Positions 1 through 4,516 of a DNA stretch of 7,270 nt are shown piece by piece. The translations under genes were made by a program, and so were the position numbers. The DNA comes from a virus. Taxonomy: Duplodnaviria; Heunggongvirae; Uroviricota; Caudoviricetes. The DNA lies in IMG/VR virus record IMGVR_UViG_2778261535_000004, positions 1 through 7,270 of that record; one strand, given 5' to 3'. Within the stretch, counting starts at the first letter, position 1; each line of letters starts with the position of its first letter. The notes beneath the pieces are model-generated. The model saw nothing but the letters and a program-made list of their open reading frames with translations. It was not told the origin of the DNA and did not search any database.

Positions 1-49
1 TAACGGCTGGAAATCATTCAATACTCGCACTATCGGAAGTTCACCAGCC

Positions 50-90
50 AGCCGCAGTATTCTGCCATGACAAGTTGCTGCGGCTTTTTA
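50..90 (+). terminator. Weak candidate plus-strand intrinsic terminator (possibly for a convergent gene upstream of the window)
   Basis: Inverted repeat agccgcag (50-57) / ctgcggct (78-85) followed by ttttt (85-89). The loop is 20 nt, so the hairpin is weak. Confidence 0.25.
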
Positions 91-93
91 TGT

Positions 94-381
94 TTAACGG
101 ATAAACAGCCAGACCAGCAGACACGCCACCACCGGCACAGCAAAATCCATCAGGCTTGCTACATCCCACGCGCGTGGATCAAAACCGCCCCACCACGGCA
201 TATTCATGCGCTTGCCATGCCCGAACATTTCAATCCAGCGATATTCTGCCTGGGTGTGTTCACGCGCAATGAAGAACGTACAACCGGCTATCGCTCCGTA
301 AGCCCAGTTCCCGGTAAAAAGACCAATCAGTAGCTGCGCAGCCACAGCACAAAGAGCATGAAGGAAAGGTGTTATATCCAT
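94..381 (-). CDS. Hypothetical small membrane protein (95 aa, about three predicted hydrophobic helices)
   Basis: ATG at 381..379 preceded by a strong Shine-Dalgarno AGGAGG (plus 386-391), 13 nt after the stop of the preceding gene. Hydrophobic stretches FLHALCAVAAQLLIGLFTG, WAYGAIAGCTFFIA and VASLMDFAVPVVACLLVWLFI. Stop TAA at 96..94. Confidence 0.55.
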   Translation of the reverse strand: MDITPFLHALCAVAAQLLIGLFTGNWAYGAIAGCTFFIAREHTQAEYRWIEMFGHGKRMNMPWWGGFDPRAWDVASLMDFAVPVVACLLVWLFIR

Positions 382-385
382 TACT

Positions 386-391
386 CCTCCT
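386..391 (-). promoter_or_regulatory. Shine-Dalgarno sequence (AGGAGG) of the 95-aa membrane protein gene
   Basis: Minus strand reads TGA-TAAAGGAGGAGTA-ATG; a near-consensus ribosome-binding site a few nt upstream of the ATG. It supports the minus-strand ORF over the overlapping plus-strand ORF 67..333. Confidence 0.6.
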
Positions 392-394
392 TTA

Positions 395-1096
395 TCAGAT
401 ATCGCTTCGGGAAGTTGATAACAGCTTTAATTCTGACTCAATTTCATCAACTCTTTCAGTCAGTTTCTGGATATGGTGAATCAGTGGAACAACCAGACGT
501 TCGTACATTACACCTTCGGCAACAAGGCCATTGCTGGAAATAGCTTCCGGTGCATCATCTTCGTTAGCTGGTCGCCAGTGTACAAACTGAGGGGCAATTT
601 CTCCTACTTCCTCGGCAATCAATCCGTAGAATCCCCAGTCACGCCTGTCATTTTCGCATTGTGACCTGTACCACACAGGGCGCATCCTGAAAATGAGATC
701 AGCGTGCTCTGAATCTATTGTCTCTACTGAATGTTTATAGCGGATAGACGATGTTGACCGCAGCACAGACGAAATTGCAGGGTCAGGATTAAGATAAAGG
801 TTTGCCGCCGCTGTAGTCGTGGCCAAATTCCATAAATAAAACGCTTCACGACCTGTCAGTGGATAAAAATCTCCGCCATAACGACCACTTTCCAGATCGT
901 TCACTTCCACTTTGTTTTTCAGCTTATTATCAACTTCAGTTTTTGTGTATCTGGTGCTGATATCCTGCTTTGCACTGGTCATATCAGTCTGAAGCGTTGA
1001 TACTTTTCCGTTAATTGAGGAAATATCTTCCTTAGTTTTACTGACATCTCCCTTTAGCGTGGTGATATCTCCTGGAATTACTGTCGATGTAGCCAT
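395..1096 (-). CDS. Tail-fibre-domain protein with C-terminal peptidase S74-type intramolecular chaperone domain (233 aa)
   Basis: ATG at 1096..1094 with GAGGGAG 5 nt upstream. The C-terminal ~118 aa (from S-S-I-R-Y-K at aa 116-121, then DWGFYGLIAEEVGEIAPQFV...GLVAEGVMYERLVVPLIHHIQKLTERVDEIESEL) fit the pattern of the autoproteolytic chaperone domain of phage endosialidases and tail fibres (Ser-Lys dyad 5 residues apart, hydrophobic core, terminal coiled coil). The N-terminal ~115 aa are Ser/Thr/Lys-rich and fibre-like. Confidence 0.7.
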   Translation of the reverse strand: MATSTVIPGDITTLKGDVSKTKEDISSINGKVSTLQTDMTSAKQDISTRYTKTEVDNKLKNKVEVNDLESGRYGGDFYPLTGREAFYLWNLATTTAAANLYLNPDPAISSVLRSTSSIRYKHSVETIDSEHADLIFRMRPVWYRSQCENDRRDWGFYGLIAEEVGEIAPQFVHWRPANEDDAPEAISSNGLVAEGVMYERLVVPLIHHIQKLTERVDEIESELKLLSTSRSDI

Positions 1097-1105
1097 TTGT
1101 CTCCC

Positions 1106-1387
1106 TCACATCCAGCCACGAAGTTGATGCTCAACAACAACCGCGTATTTATCGAATATTGACGATTTTTTTGCATCATTAATGATGCGCACGTTTACAA
1201 AATATCCGTCTTCCTTAACACATACCGGTTCGCCATCTTCAGTCAGTTCTCCGGTTTCTTTGTACACGTTACCTATCACGTCAATAAGAATATCATCCTG
1301 CATCGTCTCGTCGTCATAATAGCCAGTGCTATCCATAAAGGCCGAAAAGTCGGCCCTGTCGGCAAATTTGAGGGTTAAGTCTCGCAT
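1106..1387 (-). CDS. Hypothetical small acidic protein (93 aa), translationally coupled to the tail fibre gene
   Basis: ATG at 1387..1385 overlaps the fibre stop (TAATG, 1-nt overlap). Product is strongly acidic (about 20 D/E against 10 K/R). Stop TGA at 1108..1106 lies 9 nt before the next start. No family recognised from sequence alone. Confidence 0.6.
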   Translation of the reverse strand: MRDLTLKFADRADFSAFMDSTGYYDDETMQDDILIDVIGNVYKETGELTEDGEPVCVKEDGYFVNVRIINDAKKSSIFDKYAVVVEHQLRGWM

Positions 1388-3783
1388 TATATTTTTTCTC
1401 CCTGCTGCGCTGCTGTTAATTCCCTGTGCCAGATACGCAAATTTCGGACGTGCCCGAACAGATGGCGGCTGCCACTGGACGCCTTTCCACCGATAGTGAT
1501 GAATCCACCAGTGTACTTCTGATTTTGATATGCTGAAGTTGTCAATGCCCCGAAAACACCATTGACAACAACTTGCAACCTTCTGTCTTCCGAAAATAAA
1601 AAACCAACGATATTATGGCGCTTAGTTCTTGCAAGAGTACTATTATACTCTTTAATGGCATTTGAGTCGCCGTTTGTGATTATCGCTTTATTACCACGAG
1701 TAGCAAAACCAAGGTACATATAACTTTGATTTATTATATCTGTGGAATCTCCCGTTGTTGTTATATCCAGAATCCTTGCTCCACCAGTAATATTAGGCAT
1801 AAAGCCAGGTTCCCATAGTGTATTTACTTCAACAAGACAACTTATTGCAGGAGTTGACCAGTTTAATTTTACAGGGACAGTAACCATATCACTGGCTCTT
1901 GTTGCACCAGTTCCCGACGTAATGATAAATGATGACGCATGAGTTCCCTTTTCAAACTGAGGGGTGGTCATCATTATCTGGTCTCCGGCCTGTATGGAGC
2001 GCCCGTCCGCAGCTATCTCAAAACGAGCGTGAATACTTTTCGGTTCTGGTGATTTATATGTAAATTCGATGCGTAACCATCCGTTAGCTTCTCTGTATAT
2101 GACATGATTGACAGCATCCTCACCATTCGGAATTTTTAATATTTCTCCGGTGCCGCAATCTATATATGACTCAGCAACCAGTGTGTTGCTTGTTCCGTCA
2201 TCGTTCACATAAGCTACGCGAGGTCTGATTAATATATCAGTCCCTTTAACACGGCACGAAAGTGTAACTGATTCATTTGCATCAACACTGATTACACGGG
2301 GATAACCACTCGTAATTAATGTCGCCCGGCCATCCAACGGAGTTCCCGTAACCGTGAATGTTCCATATGTAAACCCATACCCGTCAGTTTCACTAGTCAC
2401 CGATAATGCAGATTTCAGATAATTCCATAAGGATGGTGTATTACTATAATAAAGTGTGTTTGTTCTCTGCCCCTCTATTAACAACCCCATTTTTTCAAAT
2501 CTGGGTTCATCTACAGACGCAATACAAAGCCCCCCGGATTTATCAATATATGTCGCTTCAGATGCCCGCTTAAACTTAACAATCTTGTCGCCAGGCATTA
2601 TTATTTCATCATCACCAATAACAATCTTTTTATATGATGGCGAAAAGCCCGTAATCATATCCAGTGAATCGTTAAACGGTATCCACACATCAGGCAGCGG
2701 TTGTAAGACATATTTATACGGCTCTGCTGCCTGGCTTGCATACTCTCTGGCTGCATCTTCACTTGCTTTAGCTGCCGTCTGGCTTGCTGCCGATGCTTTC
2801 GCTGAGTTCGCAGCCGCTGTTTCGCTCACCTTTGCGTTGGTTTCACTGGTTTTTGCTGCTTTTTGGCTGTTGGCTGATGCAGTGGCAGAAGCAGCCGCCG
2901 CGCTTGCAGAACCAGCTGCGGCATTCTCGCTTTGGGCTGCTGCATCCTGACTGTTTTTCGCCGCAGTTTCGCTGGCTTTGGCATTCGTTTCGCTGGTCTT
3001 CGCTGCCGTCTGGCTGGACTTTGCGTTAGTTTCACTCGTCTTCGCAGCTTTCTGGCTGTTAGCCGCGGCAGTTGCTGATCCAGCTGCTGAAGTCGCAGAA
3101 CCAGCTGCGGCACTCTCGCTTTCAGCTGCTGCATCCTGACTGCTTTTCGCCGCAGTTTCACTGGCTTTGGCATTCGTTTCGCTGGTTTTCGCTGCCGTCT
3201 GGCTGGACTTTGCGTTGGTTTCGCTCGTCTTTGCGGCTGTCTCGCTATTTTTCGCGTTGGTTTCTGATTTTTTGGCTGCTGTCGCGGAGTTTGCCGATGC
3301 AGTCTTTGAGGTCGCTGCCGCCTGTGCACTATTAGCTGCATTCGTTTCTGAGGTTTTCGCCGCGTTCTTTGATGATGCCGCTGCAGTTTCGGATTTCTTT
3401 GCCGCCGCTGCGCTCTGAGAGGCGGCTTCGGCGTTGCGTGCCACTTCTTCCACCATTGCCTCAAAACGACGCAATGCCTCCGGCATGACATCATCTTCCG
3501 TCATGGCACCGAGAAAATCATTCAGCGTACCTGGTCTGGAGCCTTCATAGACGGTAATGGTCCCGGCATGTGAAGGCGGAAAACCTTCAACCAGCAGGGT
3601 GACGCTGTACTGGCCATACTCAACATCCATGCTGTAACGTCCGGCTTCATCCGGATTTTCAGAAGCCACCGTGTTCACCAGTACCGTGGTGCTGTTACGC
3701 TTTGCCTTCAGTTGAATAGTGCAGTTCTGTATTGGTTTTCCCGCACCATCTTTCAGCACACCTGAGATTTTTACTGCTGCCAT
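1387..3783 (-). CDS. stf: Side tail fibre protein, mosaic: lambda-Stf-like N-terminal domain, Ala/Ser/Thr repeat shaft, non-lambda distal domain ending in a LamG-like jellyroll motif (~798 aa from the ATG)
   Basis: ORF 1387..3789 starts with GTG-GAT-ATG; the ATG at 3783..3781 has GGAG about 5 nt upstream and is the likelier start, giving MAAVKISGVLKDGAGKPIQNCTIQLKAKRNSTTV..., which resembles the lambda Stf N-terminus. Residues ~121-347 are AAKTSETNAK-type repeats. The C-terminus ends ...GGFITIGGKASSGSRHLFGHVRNLRIWHRELTAAQ, matching the conserved last strand of LamG-like/concanavalin-A-like domains (F-G-x-I/V-D/R-x-V/L-R-I-Y/W-x-R-x-L-T/S-x-x-E/Q). Stop TAA at 1389..1387. Confidence 0.85.
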   Translation of the reverse strand: MAAVKISGVLKDGAGKPIQNCTIQLKAKRNSTTVLVNTVASENPDEAGRYSMDVEYGQYSVTLLVEGFPPSHAGTITVYEGSRPGTLNDFLGAMTEDDVMPEALRRFEAMVEEVARNAEAASQSAAAAKKSETAAASSKNAAKTSETNAANSAQAAATSKTASANSATAAKKSETNAKNSETAAKTSETNAKSSQTAAKTSETNAKASETAAKSSQDAAAESESAAAGSATSAAGSATAAANSQKAAKTSETNAKSSQTAAKTSETNAKASETAAKNSQDAAAQSENAAAGSASAAAASATASANSQKAAKTSETNAKVSETAAANSAKASAASQTAAKASEDAAREYASQAAEPYKYVLQPLPDVWIPFNDSLDMITGFSPSYKKIVIGDDEIIMPGDKIVKFKRASEATYIDKSGGLCIASVDEPRFEKMGLLIEGQRTNTLYYSNTPSLWNYLKSALSVTSETDGYGFTYGTFTVTGTPLDGRATLITSGYPRVISVDANESVTLSCRVKGTDILIRPRVAYVNDDGTSNTLVAESYIDCGTGEILKIPNGEDAVNHVIYREANGWLRIEFTYKSPEPKSIHARFEIAADGRSIQAGDQIMMTTPQFEKGTHASSFIITSGTGATRASDMVTVPVKLNWSTPAISCLVEVNTLWEPGFMPNITGGARILDITTTGDSTDIINQSYMYLGFATRGNKAIITNGDSNAIKEYNSTLARTKRHNIVGFLFSEDRRLQVVVNGVFGALTTSAYQNQKYTGGFITIGGKASSGSRHLFGHVRNLRIWHRELTAAQQGEKI
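2749..3429 (-). repeat. In-frame low-complexity Ala/Ser/Thr-rich repeat region of the tail fibre shaft (about aa 121-347)
   Basis: Translation is dominated by reiterated AAKTSETNAK / SQTAAKTSETNAKASETAAK motifs; the DNA is reiterated GCN/ACN/TCN-rich sequence. It ends at ...KASEDAAREY (about 2740-2757). Confidence 0.8.
2790..3270 (-). repeat. Tandem direct repeat with 189-bp (63-codon) period, about 2.5 copies, inside the fibre shaft
   Basis: Plus-strand block starting 'gcagaaccagctgcggcattctcgctttgggctgctgcatcctgactg...' at 2906 recurs at 3095 ('gcagaaccagctgcggcactctcgctttcagctgctgcatcctgactg...') with near-identity for ~150 bp; a partial further copy flanks it. Protein-level repeat NSQKAAKTSETNAKSSQTAAKTSETNAKASETAAK(S/N)SQDAAA(E/Q)SE(S/N)AAAGSA... 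Confidence 0.75.
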
Positions 3784-3794
3784 ATCCACTCCAC

Positions 3795-3821
3795 AAAAAA
3801 GCCCGCCTGAACCGGCGGGCT
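3795..3821 (-). terminator. Putative rho-independent terminator between lom and the tail fibre gene
   Basis: Minus strand reads AGCCCGCC-GGTTCA-GGCGGGCT followed by TTTTTT (plus strand: aaaaaa at 3795-3800, stems at 3801-3807 and 3814-3820). The T-tract runs directly into the GGAG ribosome-binding site of the fibre gene. Confidence 0.5.
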
Positions 3822-3847
3822 GTCATAACACTGTGTTACCTGGCTAA

Positions 3848-4447
3848 TCAGAATTTATAACCGACACCCACGATGAAACCGTCAGTGCGCCAGTCACCAC
3901 TGCCGGAGCCTTCATAAGCAATATCAATGGCCACGGATTCGGTCGGGTTAAACTGCACGCCAGCTCCCCACGCCAGAGACGTGTTGCTGTGGCGACCGTC
4001 ATCACTTCCGGTCAGCACATCGTGCGTTTTCCCCTTATTGTCAGTTACGCGGAGATAATCCCCGGAAAAAGTCGACACACGGCTGTAAGCCATACCCGCC
4101 ATCGCATACGCGCTGAACCATTCATTCACGCGCACAGACGGCCCCACCATCACGCTGAACCAGCGGTTACGCACGGAATCTTCATGCCAGCGGGTATTGC
4201 TGTAACGGGTAAGCTGGCGATTCTTGTCTCCTGCATAGCTGAATGACGTCACCAGCCCCAGTGTGTCCGTAAATTCATAACGGTATTTCACGTTAATGCC
4301 CTTCAGGTCATCGTTGCCGGGCATATCAGTATGGGACTGAAGATAGCCGCCGCTTAGTGTGGACTGATGCTCTGCTGCACTCGCTGGCGTACCAGCGGCG
4401 GCCAGCCAGACTACTGCAGACAGAATAACAGCACATAATTTACGCAT
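3848..4447 (-). CDS. lom: Lom outer membrane beta-barrel protein (Ail/Lom/PagC/Rck family), 199 aa
   Basis: ATG at 4447..4445 preceded by GAGAGG; N-terminal signal peptide ([28 protein letters not shown]); ends in aromatic residues (...[10 protein letters not shown]) typical of outer-membrane barrels; recognisably lambda-Lom-like ([32 protein letters not shown]...). Position J-lom-stf as in lambda. Confidence 0.9.
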
Positions 4448-4471
4448 AATTACCTCTCGCTTTTCTGCAAT

Positions 4472-4496
4472 AAAAAAGGCGCCATTTCTGGCGCCC
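4472..4496 (-). terminator. Putative rho-independent terminator between J and lom
   Basis: On the minus strand the sequence reads GGCGCCA-GAAA-TGGCGCC followed by TTTTTT (plus strand: aaaaaa at 4472-4477, stems at 4478-4484 and 4489-4495). It lies 20 nt after the J stop and just upstream of the lom ribosome-binding site. Confidence 0.5.
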
Positions 4497-4516
4497 GTAT
4501 TGGGGTTATAAATATT

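Noticed and set aside
67-333. Plus-strand 88-aa ORF overlapping the 95-aa minus-strand gene
   Set aside because: His/Arg/Cys-rich, no convincing ribosome-binding site, and antisense to an ORF that has a near-consensus AGGAGG and membrane-protein-like helices. Most likely a shadow ORF.
358-664. Plus-strand ORFs 358..543 and 473..664, antisense to the S74-domain gene
   Set aside because: Short, no recognisable features, and fully embedded antisense in a gene with clear domain content.
1742-1942. Plus-strand 66-aa ORF inside the distal fibre domain
   Set aside because: Antisense shadow ORF within the fibre coding sequence; no start context.
2456-3418. Four plus-strand ORFs (164, 81, 87 and 83 aa) across the fibre repeat region, Ala/Leu/Phe/Ser/Trp-rich
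   Set aside because: They arise because the reverse complement of reiterated GCN/ACN/TCN codons is also free of stops; their composition is what antisense translation of an Ala/Ser/Thr repeat would give.
2749-3429. Repeat region considered as a possible CRISPR array
   Set aside because: Period is 189 bp with no unique spacers, the units are degenerate, and the whole region is in frame inside a tail fibre gene.
2826-3494. Minus-strand 222-aa Arg/Gln/Pro/Lys-rich ORF in an alternative frame of the fibre repeat region
   Set aside because: Same-strand frame-shifted reading of the repeat (GCN-rich codons give CNG/NGC codons, hence Arg/Gln/Pro). Low complexity; a real overprinted gene is possible but unsupported.
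3784-3789. GTG at 3789 as the fibre start codon (ORF track begins MDMAAV...)
   Set aside because: The ATG two codons downstream (3783..3781) has better GGAG spacing and gives MAAVKISG..., which matches the lambda Stf N-terminus; GTG remains possible, and the difference is only 2 aa.
3989-4246. Plus-strand 85-aa ORF antisense to lom
   Set aside because: Embedded antisense in a confidently identified gene; His/Arg-rich shadow ORF.
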